From: an uncultured virus (IMG/VR IMGVR_UViG_3300035675_000006)
Lineage: Duplodnaviria; Heunggongvirae; Uroviricota; Caudoviricetes
Direction: 5' to 3' (one strand)
DNA: 64,000 bases
IMG/VR virus record: IMGVR_UViG_3300035675_000006
The notes under the pieces were generated by a model. It was not told where the DNA came from and made no database searches. It saw only the letters and a program-made list of their open reading frames with translations. The translations under genes and the position numbers were made by a program. Positions 1-10,454 of the stretch are shown here, in pieces (positions within the stretch are counted from its first letter, which is position 1; the number at the start of each line of letters is the position of its first letter).

Positions 1-2730
1 GCTCTTCTTCTTCAGAAAATCACACCCAATACTGAAGCCGTCTACAAGTGGTTCACGGAGACACGTCAGATCGAGCCAGGAATTCTTCCTGATTTTGGCG
101 TAGGTGCGTACGACCGTGATCAGCTCGAAATGAAATACACGCGTCCCGTGCTGGAAAAATACGGTCTTTGGGCTGAAGGAGCGTACGCTCACTCGATCAT
201 ATTCTTCTACCACCTCTCTCCCAACACCATTTCACATCGCTGCAAACTCAGGCAAATAAACGGCACGTCTCGAGACTGCATGTTCATCGGAACAACCCGG
301 TTCCAGAATGAGACAGGAATCTTTGGTCTCAATCGCTGGCAGCACATGATCAATGCTGAAGCGACAAAAGACGTGTACCTGCTCGAAGGCGAAACAGGAA
401 CGCTTCAGATGCAGTCTGCTGCCTGGAGAGCGTTCAGCAGTGCGAATTACCTTAACGTCATAAGCCGAAGCGGTGTCGGTGGTTTGAACGACAGCACTGT
501 ACGCATTCTGCGAGATGTAGGCATCGAAGCAATACACCTGTTCCCTGATAACGACGCCGGCGGACACGACATGATCACGTCCGCACTAAAGCTCATAGCA
601 CCGCTGCCTATTTCCGTGATCTGGCCCGCGGATTACCAGAAAGGTCAGGATCCGGATGATTACCTGAAAGGCAAATTCTCCACAGGCGGCGTAACGGTTA
701 TTCAGGCGACACTCAAAGGTCTGGTCACCTCTAAATATTTGCTGGCTGCATGGCTGGCAGACAGGCAATTGGACGAATACCAGGCCAACCCAACCGATCC
801 GATCGTACTCCAGAAAACACGGAACATGATCGTGGAGGCAGCTGCCCGAACAGCTCTTGAAGGCATGGAGCTGGATGACTATGTACATCAAATCCAGAAA
901 GTCCTGCCTCAGTTCACGCGTGAAAGCCTGATATCTGAAATGCGTAAATATCAGGCAGGTCACCGCAGAGAATTCAAAGTTGGTCCAGGTGTACGCATTA
1001 TGCGTTCCAACGACGAGTACATGATGGCTGTCACCGAGAAATCACAAGATGGTCCTATTCTTAAGTGGCGTAGCATCCTGAACATGACGATCACAGTCAA
1101 CAAGATGGTTCTTAACGGGGACGGAAGCGAAGCTTACAAAGAAGTCACTCTCCGTCATGCCGGAAAGAATAATCCATCAATCATTTACCCGTCACACCTG
1201 GAGGACCAGAATTCATTCATCAGTTTCCTGGATAAAGCCTATCCTGGAAAATTGAACCACAGCGACGACTTCAAGAAATTCTACCGGCAGATAATAAACC
1301 AGGACAATTACGACGCGCCGCAGGTATATGCATTTGACTCGTTCGGGTACAGAGACAAAAACAAGAAAGACGACCCGTACGAATACCTGAGTCCCAGCGT
1401 CATAATTTCTGAAGGCAAGGTCCTGCCGAATACCAAGTACATAGCACATATCCCGCAGAACCAGCCGTGCGAGCTCTACGATTTCATCCTGGCTCGCGAA
1501 GAGCTGCTGATCAAACAAGTCAATGAAGCCATAGAACTGATCATGGAGTGCCTGCTTAAAATACACGTCCCGTCAGTAACCTACCCGTTGCTGGCATTCG
1601 TGGCAGGTACGTTCATCGACACGCTGCTGGGCAAATCACACGGCAATTACATTCTGGCGCTGCTGGGCCGGTACCAGACAGGCAAGAGCAGGACTGCTCA
1701 GGCATTCCTGAATTTCGCGTGTAATGCAATGCCTGGTGACGGCAAGAACTGCATCGCCGTGTCCAGCACGCTCAACGCATCGGAAAAGGCGTTCCACCAC
1801 GTGTGTGACGCTCCTGGTCTTCTGGACGATTTGAAGTCCGTACACTTCCGGATTTCAAGCATTGCTACAGCCCTGCTGCAGCTGATCCAGAATCACTTCG
1901 ATCGCAAAGGCAAGAGCCGGCTGACACGTGAGCTGGGATTCAGGCAGGCATTCCCGTCACGCTGCGGTTTGATCCTTACGGGTGAAGCCATGCCTTCCAA
2001 AGAAGGCAGCTTCAGTTCGCGCATGCTTAACGTGAACGTGCCTCCTGGCCAGTACAATTCAAGTCTGGCGAAACAGTTCGACGAAAACAGACACCTTCTC
2101 CGCATCTTCACTCCGCATTACATAGCCTACACGCAACGCCTTGAGAAATTCCCCGAACCGCAGTTGATACTTCCGCCCAACATATCTTCAGACCGAGCGT
2201 TCTTCTGCGCCAAACGAATAGGTTGCGGCCTGCGCCTGTTCCTGGACTTCTGCGTGCAATGGCCCGGATCGCCCATGTCACAGAAGAAAGCAGACGACAT
2301 CTGGCAGCAGTTCCAGGTGGTCCTGCCGTCGCTCATCGAAGAGAACGTGATCGATACCCAGGCCAGTGACGACGAACACAAGTTCCTGTCAGCTCTGGCA
2401 CAGATCATCCAGTCTGGAGAAGGCGGGTACGATGATTCCGCCAAGGGCATCAAGATCGGATACCTGGAAGGTCAGACGATTGTCCTGTTCCCCGACATCG
2501 TCATTACCATAGTTAAGCGCTATCTGAGTAACATGGAATTCGACAAGACACAGCTCTACAAGAATCTCAAGCACCTGGGTTATATCTACGACAGCAAGAC
2601 CGTTCGCGATCCGGCGTTTATCAATCCCGACAAAGGCATGGTTAACCGCGGCAGAGCGTGGGTAATGGATAAGCTGAAACTTGAAGAACTACTCGGAAGA
2701 GTAGAGGCTCAGGGTGGGCAAGAAACATGA
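1..2730 (+). CDS. DNA primase (Toprim)-helicase fusion, 5'-truncated by window edge
   Basis: Toprim motifs LLEGE and FPDNDAGG, DPDD; C-terminal P-loop GRYQTGKS and LLDD; frame open from base 1. Confidence 0.8.
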   Translation, partial: ALLLQKITPNTEAVYKWFTETRQIEPGILPDFGVGAYDRDQLEMKYTRPVLEKYGLWAEGAYAHSIIFFYHLSPNTISHRCKLRQINGTSRDCMFIGTTRFQNETGIFGLNRWQHMINAEATKDVYLLEGETGTLQMQSAAWRAFSSANYLNVISRSGVGGLNDSTVRILRDVGIEAIHLFPDNDAGGHDMITSALKLIAPLPISVIWPADYQKGQDPDDYLKGKFSTGGVTVIQATLKGLVTSKYLLAAWLADRQLDEYQANPTDPIVLQKTRNMIVEAAARTALEGMELDDYVHQIQKVLPQFTRESLISEMRKYQAGHRREFKVGPGVRIMRSNDEYMMAVTEKSQDGPILKWRSILNMTITVNKMVLNGDGSEAYKEVTLRHAGKNNPSIIYPSHLEDQNSFISFLDKAYPGKLNHSDDFKKFYRQIINQDNYDAPQVYAFDSFGYRDKNKKDDPYEYLSPSVIISEGKVLPNTKYIAHIPQNQPCELYDFILAREELLIKQVNEAIELIMECLLKIHVPSVTYPLLAFVAGTFIDTLLGKSHGNYILALLGRYQTGKSRTAQAFLNFACNAMPGDGKNCIAVSSTLNASEKAFHHVCDAPGLLDDLKSVHFRISSIATALLQLIQNHFDRKGKSRLTRELGFRQAFPSRCGLILTGEAMPSKEGSFSSRMLNVNVPPGQYNSSLAKQFDENRHLLRIFTPHYIAYTQRLEKFPEPQLILPPNISSDRAFFCAKRIGCGLRLFLDFCVQWPGSPMSQKKADDIWQQFQVVLPSLIEENVIDTQASDDEHKFLSALAQIIQSGEGGYDDSAKGIKIGYLEGQTIVLFPDIVITIVKRYLSNMEFDKTQLYKNLKHLGYIYDSKTVRDPAFINPDKGMVNRGRAWVMDKLKLEELLGRVEAQGGQET

Positions 2731-5477
2731 GCGGTTCCACAAAACCGATGATAAGTCTGGACACCAAAATCAAGATAACAGAAACAATTAACGATTACCC
2801 TACGCTGAACAAAACTGCCGGTTGCGAAGATTGCCCGTACGAAAACAAAGGACGCAAGTGTACCCAGTGGCCGTTGCTTAACGGCTGCGATGTGATGGTC
2901 CTGGTCCATCAGGCAAGCGAAGGCGAGCCTGCTTATTCAGGGCCTTACGGCGGTCAAGCCAGATACTTCGAGTACCTCAAGAAAACCATCCAATACGTGA
3001 AGGCGCACCGGAAAGACGCAGCCCTGGTAAGTTTCGGATTCGCGTATGCCGTGGCCTGCAGCGTCGAAAAAGGCAAGACCTCCTCAGTGGCGGCCAAACA
3101 ATGCGGAAACCTGTTATGTGAATATCTGAGCCGGGACATAGATCCTGTCAAACTCCCCAAGGTGATAGTTGCCATGGGTCTGATGGCCGCAAAGGCATTG
3201 GGTGAAACCAAGCCCATGACTGACCTGCGCGGGAATATAATTCTCAAGAAATTCGGCAAGCACGAGATACCTGTAATTTGCACGTACGGTTACGAGGACT
3301 TGTTTGTCGATTACGGCGAAAAACAGGTACTCAAGAACACACACTTGATCAGCACCATGATGATCGACTTCAACAAAGCGATAGATGTCCGGAACAAGGG
3401 CTACAAGCGCGTTGACCTGGTGGACCTGAAGAAGCGCCTGAAATTCCCCGGCGAGATTGACACGATCGCGCTGCTTACCAATCTGGAAAACAACAAGCTC
3501 CTGACGGCTTTCGACATAGAAACCACGGGATTAAATCCCAGAGCCGAAGACGCCGAGATAACCATGATATCCCTGGCATGGGGCCCTGAACCTGAACAGG
3601 CCTGTTGTATAGATCTCGGGAACCCGTCAGGGACCCTCCTTGAAGCCGTCAAGAAGTTCCTGGTGTCCGACACGCCGAAGATAGCACATCACGCCAAATT
3701 CGATATCGGGTACATCCTGTCCAAATGGGGAATACTCGTAAAGAATCTGGTCGGTGACACGATGCTTTGCCAGTACCTTGTAGACGAGAACCGCGTCGGA
3801 GAAGAAGAGAAACGTCACAAAGGCGAATACACGCTGAAGAAACTTGCCTGGGACTACGAGCCTGAATTAGGCGGATACGAGATGGATTCAGGCGTCGGCA
3901 CGTTGATCAAGCAGGGCAAGATCAAAGAAGCCGACCACGGGCAATTAATGCTCTACGCGGCATTGGATGCCCTGGTTACCTGGCGCCTGTACCGCAAACA
4001 AAAGCGTGCCTTGAACGATCTGCCTATTCTGGGTACTGATGCAGAAATACAGGCCGAGTTTGTGGCGCGCGGCAAGAAAGTCACGCCTTTATATTTACTA
4101 AGTAAAGGCTTGATGGCAGACGCTGTGTACGCGCTGGTCAATCTGGAAACAGCAGGAATGTACGTTGACCTGCCATATGTGAAGCAGGTGGCGTCTACTC
4201 TTGCCAAGCAAGCTGAAGAGCTTGGTAAAGAAATACACAACACGGTTACAGTGGATTTGCCCGATACTCTGCACAGGAAACCTGACAGGGGTAAAGGCAA
4301 GAAGCCGCCTGAATTCAATATCAATAATCCCGCGCATCTGAGATGGTTCCTGTTTACGATACTCGGCTTAAAAGGCGTCAAAGTAACAACTAAAGGCGCT
4401 CAGTCAGCTGATGCTGACGCGCTAAAGCAGCTCAGCGGACAACACCCGATCGTGGACAAGATCCTGACCTGGCGAAAGATCCAGAAGCTGGACAGCTCTT
4501 TCGTCCAGAATATCCTGGACATGACGGACAAGAAAACCACACGGATCCATCCGCACTTTAAGCTTGAAGGGACTGTAACAGGCCGGTTGTCCTGTTCTGA
4601 ACCGAACCTGCAGCAGGTCCCCAAGAAGATGGGTAAGTTCAACGTCAAGAAAATGTTCGGTGCACCTCCGGGACGCATACTCCTGTCGGCTGACATGAGC
4701 CAGGTCGAGGTCGTAGTTCTGGCCTGCTATGCTCCTGACGAAAGCCTGCGCCAGGCAATCAGGGATGGCCTGGACCTGCACTGCTACTCGGCATCCAAGA
4801 TATACAATATCCCTTACGAAGAAATGTTCCAGAAAGGCAAGGTCGACGAAATACCTGAGTACGAACAGAAGCGCTCCCGTGCCAAGCGTGTTACTTTCGG
4901 GATTATCTACGGCATTACGAAATACGGCTTGAGCGTTCAGATCAAATCTACTCCGGACGAGGCACAGGACTTGATTGATAAGTTCCTGGCTCAGTTCCCT
5001 GGCTGCAAAGAATACATAGCTGAAACACACAAGATGGCTGCTACGCAAACGTTCGTAACTACCAAGTTCGGGCGCAAGCGCAGACTTCCCATGCTGCTTC
5101 TAATGCCTGATGACAAACGTGCATTACGTCAGGCTCAGAACGCACGTATACAGTCAACAGCCAGTGATCTGACACTTACGGCTATCACGCGGCTCAGCCG
5201 CGAACTGCCTGCACTTGATGCACGCCTGGTCTGCACAGTCCACGACTCCATACAGGCTGAATGCCCTGACAAGCCTGAGAGTGTCACAGCCGTGTCTGCG
5301 CTCATGAAGGACATCATGATTATAAGGCCCATGAAAGAGCTGGATTGGATAAAAGTCCCGCTGAAAATGGACCTGAAAGTCTGTGCTTCATGGGGTGAGG
5401 AAATGAAGCTGGACGAGTACTTAAACCGCTATGCCTGGATGATAGAATCGGATAATCTGCCAAAAGATTGGAGCTAA
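2727..5477 (+). CDS. polA: Family A DNA polymerase with N-terminal uracil-DNA-glycosylase-like domain and 3'-5' exonuclease
   Basis: CEDCP and PKVIVAMG (UDG family 4-like); DIETTG, HHAKFD, YAALDA (exonuclease); TGRLS, DMSQVE, RAKRVTFGIIYG, VHDS (PolA motifs). Confidence 0.93.
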   Translation: MSGSTKPMISLDTKIKITETINDYPTLNKTAGCEDCPYENKGRKCTQWPLLNGCDVMVLVHQASEGEPAYSGPYGGQARYFEYLKKTIQYVKAHRKDAALVSFGFAYAVACSVEKGKTSSVAAKQCGNLLCEYLSRDIDPVKLPKVIVAMGLMAAKALGETKPMTDLRGNIILKKFGKHEIPVICTYGYEDLFVDYGEKQVLKNTHLISTMMIDFNKAIDVRNKGYKRVDLVDLKKRLKFPGEIDTIALLTNLENNKLLTAFDIETTGLNPRAEDAEITMISLAWGPEPEQACCIDLGNPSGTLLEAVKKFLVSDTPKIAHHAKFDIGYILSKWGILVKNLVGDTMLCQYLVDENRVGEEEKRHKGEYTLKKLAWDYEPELGGYEMDSGVGTLIKQGKIKEADHGQLMLYAALDALVTWRLYRKQKRALNDLPILGTDAEIQAEFVARGKKVTPLYLLSKGLMADAVYALVNLETAGMYVDLPYVKQVASTLAKQAEELGKEIHNTVTVDLPDTLHRKPDRGKGKKPPEFNINNPAHLRWFLFTILGLKGVKVTTKGAQSADADALKQLSGQHPIVDKILTWRKIQKLDSSFVQNILDMTDKKTTRIHPHFKLEGTVTGRLSCSEPNLQQVPKKMGKFNVKKMFGAPPGRILLSADMSQVEVVVLACYAPDESLRQAIRDGLDLHCYSASKIYNIPYEEMFQKGKVDEIPEYEQKRSRAKRVTFGIIYGITKYGLSVQIKSTPDEAQDLIDKFLAQFPGCKEYIAETHKMAATQTFVTTKFGRKRRLPMLLLMPDDKRALRQAQNARIQSTASDLTLTAITRLSRELPALDARLVCTVHDSIQAECPDKPESVTAVSALMKDIMIIRPMKELDWIKVPLKMDLKVCASWGEEMKLDEYLNRYAWMIESDNLPKDWS

Positions 5478-5479
5478 GC

Positions 5480-7087
5480 ATGCCATACTGGGCTGACTCT
5501 GCACGCAAACATGAAGTCCACGATGAGGGCCGCTTGGCACGCATCCTGGAATTTGTGAAGCTGAAGGGTCAGCCTCTCACATTCAATTACCACCCTTTCC
5601 TGCCGACCATTTACAAGTCGCCTCTTACAGACTTCATGTTGATGGCCGGCAGGCAGGTGAGTAAAAGCACGACTCTTAGTATTCTAATCAGTGAGGAAAT
5701 GATGTCGCATCCGTACTTCAGCATCAACTATCTTACGCCACTGAAAGAGCAAACGGCACGGTTCAGTACCATGTACTTGAAACCGATGCTTGAAGGCTCG
5801 CCTGCGATCAAAGACATCTTCATGGGTTCCAGTTCAGAACAGAACGTGTTCCGTAAGCAGTTTGTCAACGGCGCCGTCTGCAACTTGCAGTACGCTTTCC
5901 TGGATGCCGAACGTATCCGCGGCACGCCTGCAGACCGGACAATGTTCGACGAAGTGCAGGACATGTTGTGGGAGAACTTGCCGGTCATCAAAGAGTGCAT
6001 GGGTTTCTCGAACTACAAATGGGAAGCTTATACAGGCACCGCCAAGACTCTCGATAACACCATAGAGAAACTGTGGCAAACCAGTACTCAGCGTGAATGG
6101 GTCATGAAGTGCGTGCACTGTGATACGCACAACGTACCTGCTGAGCCCTGGATCCATAAAATGATCCGCGAACGGGGCTTCTGCTGTTACAAATGCGGCA
6201 AGCTCCTGAATGTCGCCAATGGCGAATGGGTCATGTTCAACAAGAAAGCCTACAGGGACGGGTTCCATATCCCTCAGGTAATTGTCCCTAAGAACGTTGA
6301 TCCGAACGCACCCATGGGTTGGGCCAAGATCTGGCAGAAGAAACAGGAATACCCTGTTGGTAAGTTCTGCAACGAGGTCCTGGGTATTTCATACGACACA
6401 GGCGGCAGGCTCATCACACTTTCTGAAATCAAAGATCAGTGTTGTAAAGATTATGAAATGTGCACTACGCGCCCGGTTGATAATTACTGCAAGCATTATG
6501 TGATCGGCGTTGACTGGGGTATTTCTGCGCAGACCAGCTACACTGTAGCCGTTGCCATGGGCATCATGCCAGCAGGTACCGTGAAAGTCTTTGCCGCGGT
6601 CAAGTTCCTCGGTACGGACATTATGGAACAAATCAGCCAGATCGTGCATATGGCCCAGGCATTCGGCGCTGACTTGATATGTGCGGATTTCGGTGTCGGC
6701 TATACCAACAACCAGATCCTTCGACAGAATTACGGCGGGCGCGTAATGGAATTCCAGTACGTGCGCCAGCGGGCATTCCTGAAGTGGGATGCTCCATCCA
6801 AGAGATATATGCTCAGCCGCACGGCCAGCATGAACATCCTGTTCATGAACATGAAGGCGGGCATGCTGCATTTACCGCGGTTCGAAGAAATCGAACCTTT
6901 CGTCAAAGATATCTTGTCAGTCTACGAGGAAGTCGTGGAGACATCAGGATCGACTATCAAGGTCTTCCTGCACACTCCTGACATCCCGGATGACTTTGTA
7001 CACGCATTGAACTTCGGATGGGTAGGTCTTCGCAAGCTTGTGAATGACCCAATCCTGTCCCTTGAAGTAGGAGAGTCAAGTGCCTGA
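5480..7087 (+). CDS. terL: Terminase large subunit (GpA-like)
   Basis: AGRQVSKST Walker A, FDEVQD Walker B, two CxxC pairs, GVDWG and DDFVHA nuclease motifs. Confidence 0.85.
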   Translation: MPYWADSARKHEVHDEGRLARILEFVKLKGQPLTFNYHPFLPTIYKSPLTDFMLMAGRQVSKSTTLSILISEEMMSHPYFSINYLTPLKEQTARFSTMYLKPMLEGSPAIKDIFMGSSSEQNVFRKQFVNGAVCNLQYAFLDAERIRGTPADRTMFDEVQDMLWENLPVIKECMGFSNYKWEAYTGTAKTLDNTIEKLWQTSTQREWVMKCVHCDTHNVPAEPWIHKMIRERGFCCYKCGKLLNVANGEWVMFNKKAYRDGFHIPQVIVPKNVDPNAPMGWAKIWQKKQEYPVGKFCNEVLGISYDTGGRLITLSEIKDQCCKDYEMCTTRPVDNYCKHYVIGVDWGISAQTSYTVAVAMGIMPAGTVKVFAAVKFLGTDIMEQISQIVHMAQAFGADLICADFGVGYTNNQILRQNYGGRVMEFQYVRQRAFLKWDAPSKRYMLSRTASMNILFMNMKAGMLHLPRFEEIEPFVKDILSVYEEVVETSGSTIKVFLHTPDIPDDFVHALNFGWVGLRKLVNDPILSLEVGESSA

Positions 7088-8306
7088 GATACAGTTGAGT
7101 GAAGCCGGTTTCCGTTTTGACAAAATAACACTTCCTGATTTCAGCAAGCAACCGCAACAGATCCCTCCATTGTTTGACCTTTACTCGGTGGCTTACGCCA
7201 TCGGTGTGGCCCCCAAGACACTTACCTATTTGCTCAAGGTAGATAAGGTGGTCATGGCCAAAGGCAACAAGAAGGTCAACAAGTACAACTTCGTCAAGAA
7301 CAGCCTCTACCAGGATGTCAGCGTGAAGATTGACATCAAAGAACAGCAGGCAAAGGACGGGATGTACAAAGAGATGCGTATCCCGAAGAAAACACCCGGT
7401 GAATTCCGGATTCTTCACGACCCGCATCCCCTGTTGAAATACGTCCAGAGGCAGTTGCTTGAACGCATCCTGACCAAACTGCCACTACCTGAGTACGTCA
7501 CCGGGTTCATGAAAGACGTGAGCATCACCGACACTGCCAAGGTCCATGTTGACAAGGAAGTGGTTTGTTGCGTGGATATCGCGAACTTCTTTCCGAGCAT
7601 CAAGCAACGCATGATCCAGGATATGTTCATGAGCATGGGATGGCCTATGAATGTCTCGAGGATCATGAGCGAACTGTGCACGTACCACAACTTCGTTCCA
7701 CAGGGCGCACCGACAAGTCCTACGATCAGTAATCTGATAGGACATCACCGCTTCGACAAGTCAGTTAAGGCCCTGGCTGATCAGAACGGCTTCATCTATA
7801 CACGCTACGCTGATGACCTGGTGTTCTCCACGGATCGTACGGATACCAAGCACACCGGCGAAGTAGACTACTTCCTGAACAAAGTGGAAGAAGTCATTCG
7901 TAATTCAGGATTCAAAGTCAGCACCGACAAGACCAAGATCATGCGTCACGGCAGCGCACAGATGGTCCTGGGCCAGAGTGTGCGCAATGAAACACCTACC
8001 CTTCCTGGAAAGAAATATCGCTTGCTCAAAGCCATAGTGTTCAATAGTTTGCACCACGGCCTTGAGTCTCAGGCAAAACGTTCCAAGACTGACGTGAATT
8101 CTTTTGTCAGATCGATCAAAGGTCACCTGAACTTCCTGCGGAACGTGGATCCGGTAAAATACGGCAAGTTGGCCCCTATGTTCGAACTGGCTCAGGTTAA
8201 TGCCGGCATGACTCTGTCCAATACGAAGGTCATGAAAAAGTGGATCAACGTTCAGGGTGGCCCTGCTCCCGTGGTCGAAGTCGAAACAGCCAAAAAGAAA
8301 AAATAA
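7080..8306 (+). CDS. Retron-type reverse transcriptase
   Basis: IPKK..R, region X-like TAKVH (NAxxH), DIANFFPSI, PQGAPTSPTISN, YTRYADD, region Y-like VLG (VTG). Confidence 0.92.
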   Translation: MPEIQLSEAGFRFDKITLPDFSKQPQQIPPLFDLYSVAYAIGVAPKTLTYLLKVDKVVMAKGNKKVNKYNFVKNSLYQDVSVKIDIKEQQAKDGMYKEMRIPKKTPGEFRILHDPHPLLKYVQRQLLERILTKLPLPEYVTGFMKDVSITDTAKVHVDKEVVCCVDIANFFPSIKQRMIQDMFMSMGWPMNVSRIMSELCTYHNFVPQGAPTSPTISNLIGHHRFDKSVKALADQNGFIYTRYADDLVFSTDRTDTKHTGEVDYFLNKVEEVIRNSGFKVSTDKTKIMRHGSAQMVLGQSVRNETPTLPGKKYRLLKAIVFNSLHHGLESQAKRSKTDVNSFVRSIKGHLNFLRNVDPVKYGKLAPMFELAQVNAGMTLSNTKVMKKWINVQGGPAPVVEVETAKKKK

Positions 8307-8476
8307 TGCTCAAGGTGGATACGGCCTTCCAAGAGTACATGGTTATGTGGGCGGTACGAAAACTGCTAGAGACCAATCGCAGTTCGCGCAATAAAATACT
8401 CAAACTGAACGTAGATAAATATCCGGGTGGGCCACGCCAGCTGGCCTCTGATCTTTTCCACATATACCCAGGATAA
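8306..8476 (+). CDS. 56-aa protein translationally coupled to the RT
   Basis: TAATG stop/start overlap with RT; MLKVDTAFQEY...FHIYPG. Confidence 0.55.
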   Translation: MLKVDTAFQEYMVMWAVRKLLETNRSSRNKILKLNVDKYPGGPRQLASDLFHIYPG

Positions 8477-8479
8477 CTA

Positions 8480-8649
8480 AAGCAGTCTTTCAAAGCGTTA
8501 CGCTTTGATGATTCCATTCCTCCACACCGGAATTAATGGCAGAGTGCTTCAAATCGTTTGCCCGTTGATACGACGGGAAGTATAATGCCTTCGGCAACTG
8601 TCGGTTTGGGAGGCGCGCCAAAGCGCTAGCCTGGGTGCTAAGAGAGGAT
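8480..8649 (+). ncRNA. Retron-like msr-msd units, cluster A (2 units: 8480-8549, 8553-8649)
   Basis: AAGCA-G-TCT pairs with AGA-G-TGCTT; ATC-G-TTT pairs with AGA-G-GAT; hairpins TCAAAGCG-TTA-CGCTTTGA and CCCGTTG-ATA-CGACGGG. Confidence 0.7.
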
Positions 8650-8652
8650 CAC

Positions 8653-9081
8653 ATGCCACTGCTAAATGAAGTCACGCAGGCCATGATAGACACGGCACTC
8701 GTCCTACCTAGCAGAGGCCTGGTATGGGTGCCTGCAAACGGTCAAATAGTCTATCGTAAGTTCGTTGGCTGCTACGTGTTAAATAAAGCCCGTGATCCAG
8801 ACACGGGTCTCGAAACAGATTCATATTGGGTTGATAACGAAAATATGAATCTAAATGATCTGGTGACCAATTGTGTCTGGTTACCTTCGCCAAATGAAAT
8901 ACGTGATTTAGCTACAGCGTTGACTGCGCCTTCATATTTCCAGAGTTTATGCCAAGCACGTATTTGTCCTGACCAGTGGAAATGCGAATACAGCATTGGC
9001 TTATTCGGCTTCGGAACAACACCTTGGGAATCTGAATTCTATATTCTGGACAAATACATAATCGGGAGGTGCACGGCATGA
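8653..9081 (+). CDS. Hypothetical protein
   Basis: ORF with GAGG RBS. Confidence 0.6.
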   Translation: MPLLNEVTQAMIDTALVLPSRGLVWVPANGQIVYRKFVGCYVLNKARDPDTGLETDSYWVDNENMNLNDLVTNCVWLPSPNEIRDLATALTAPSYFQSLCQARICPDQWKCEYSIGLFGFGTTPWESEFYILDKYIIGRCTA

Positions 9082-9383
9082 GCACTAGTTTGAGCACTGA
9101 TCCGAGTACTTACTTGAAAACTAAGAAAAGCACTCCTGCTCCCCGTGTGAGCAGGATGCAGTCAGGCCAAGGATTAACGCGTATCCTTTCCGAGCGCACC
9201 AAAGAAGCTACCCGTGACCAAACAAAGATAGAGGAGCCAGTGAATGTCTTCGGAGACGCCCAAGCCCCAGCAGACTCAATCGGAACAACCCGACCAGTCG
9301 CCAATATACCGCCTGAGCCCCCCAAAAAACGCGCTCCCAGAAAGCCTGGAGTTCAGCGAAAAACTGAATCCAGTCAAGATTAG
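9078..9383 (+). CDS. Hypothetical basic/Pro-rich protein
   Basis: GGAGG RBS, ATGA overlap with upstream gene. Confidence 0.5.
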   Translation: MSTSLSTDPSTYLKTKKSTPAPRVSRMQSGQGLTRILSERTKEATRDQTKIEEPVNVFGDAQAPADSIGTTRPVANIPPEPPKKRAPRKPGVQRKTESSQD

Positions 9384-9621
9384 TATTCAGATAACCATGC
9401 CTGATGGTAAGGTCATAAAAGAAGACTTCGCCATGGGAGGGTTCATACTTCTGGGACAGGCGATGTACCTGCAAAAAGATAACCCCGAAAAAGCAGTGAT
9501 GCTTCCTGAAACATGTTCCACATTCAATCACCGAGCAGATGTTGTGGACCTGATCGAGAAATTCAAACTGCAGTTGTACCTGAGCAGCATCGTTCAAGGC
9601 ATGGCTAACATACCAAGATGA
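9244..9621 (+). CDS. Hypothetical protein (start uncertain)
   Basis: ORF track. Confidence 0.45.
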   Translation: MSSETPKPQQTQSEQPDQSPIYRLSPPKNALPESLEFSEKLNPVKISIQITMPDGKVIKEDFAMGGFILLGQAMYLQKDNPEKAVMLPETCSTFNHRADVVDLIEKFKLQLYLSSIVQGMANIPR

Positions 9622-9744
9622 TAGCCTTGATATTTATCTGTCTTTCAGTCGTTGCCAAATTAGCCAGCCAGACATGCTTAATACACCAGCTCGACCTTGA
9701 GAAAAGAATCTGGGAATTCGCGGAAACCCACGTGGAGTTTACGG

Positions 9745-9891
9745 ATGATAGACATAATTTTGTTTGTGATCGGAACGGTGTTGCTGCTCTCGACAATACG
9801 CGAGTTAGTAGTCGTGGCGCGACGGATAAACCGGACTGAGAGATTTCTCGAGCAACTGGACAAGGACGCTCAAAAACAATGGCGCTCATAG
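9745..9891 (+). CDS. Small membrane protein
   Basis: GGAG RBS, hydrophobic N-terminus MIDIILFVIGTVLLL. Confidence 0.5.
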   Translation: MIDIILFVIGTVLLLSTIRELVVVARRINRTERFLEQLDKDAQKQWRS

Positions 9892-10454
9892 TCACCCTGC
9901 CAGAAATGACGTGCTCCATGAAGTTCGCAACTAATCAATACGACACCTACGTTGCCAAAGTTTTTGCAGGCAGGAAGCATTTCGTAGGCACTCTCTGCAT
10001 CCAGAATCCGCACCCGTCTCACATCGCGATCACGTCTCATGGCCGCGATCAGATATTCCTGATAGAAGGCAGTCAATATGAAATCATGTGCAGCATAAGC
10101 CGCAAAGGCTTGCCTAAACTCGTGGCCCGATACACAGAAGATCCAGTAAACAGCCAGTTCGTCCAGTACGTGGTACCTGCAGGCGACCCGCGCCTGCGTT
10201 GGGCAAAAATACGCCGTGACTCACTCTTGTGCCAGGCAGGACTGATCACGGACCCCGTCAAAAATCTAACAGCGCAATACTTCGGGGCACTCCCGCTCGG
10301 ATCAAAAATTAACCTCGTTGACCCTTCCAATGAAGTGGTTAAAACCATCGTCATTACGCCAGGAGGTTACAATGAGGAGATCGGATGCGCACTGTCTGGG
10401 AATACCACTACACCAAGCAACCGGATGAACCCCTGCCTACAGGAGCTTTGTTAG
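9879..10454 (+). CDS. Hypothetical protein
   Basis: ORF track. Confidence 0.55.
   Translation: MALIVTLPEMTCSMKFATNQYDTYVAKVFAGRKHFVGTLCIQNPHPSHIAITSHGRDQIFLIEGSQYEIMCSISRKGLPKLVARYTEDPVNSQFVQYVVPAGDPRLRWAKIRRDSLLCQAGLITDPVKNLTAQYFGALPLGSKINLVDPSNEVVKTIVITPGGYNEEIGCALSGNTTTPSNRMNPCLQELC

Noticed and set aside
7080..8306. DGR or group II intron RT
   Set aside because: Motifs are retron-like, no TR/VR pair with adenine-specific differences was seen, and there is no flanking intron RNA since both neighbouring ORFs overlap the RT
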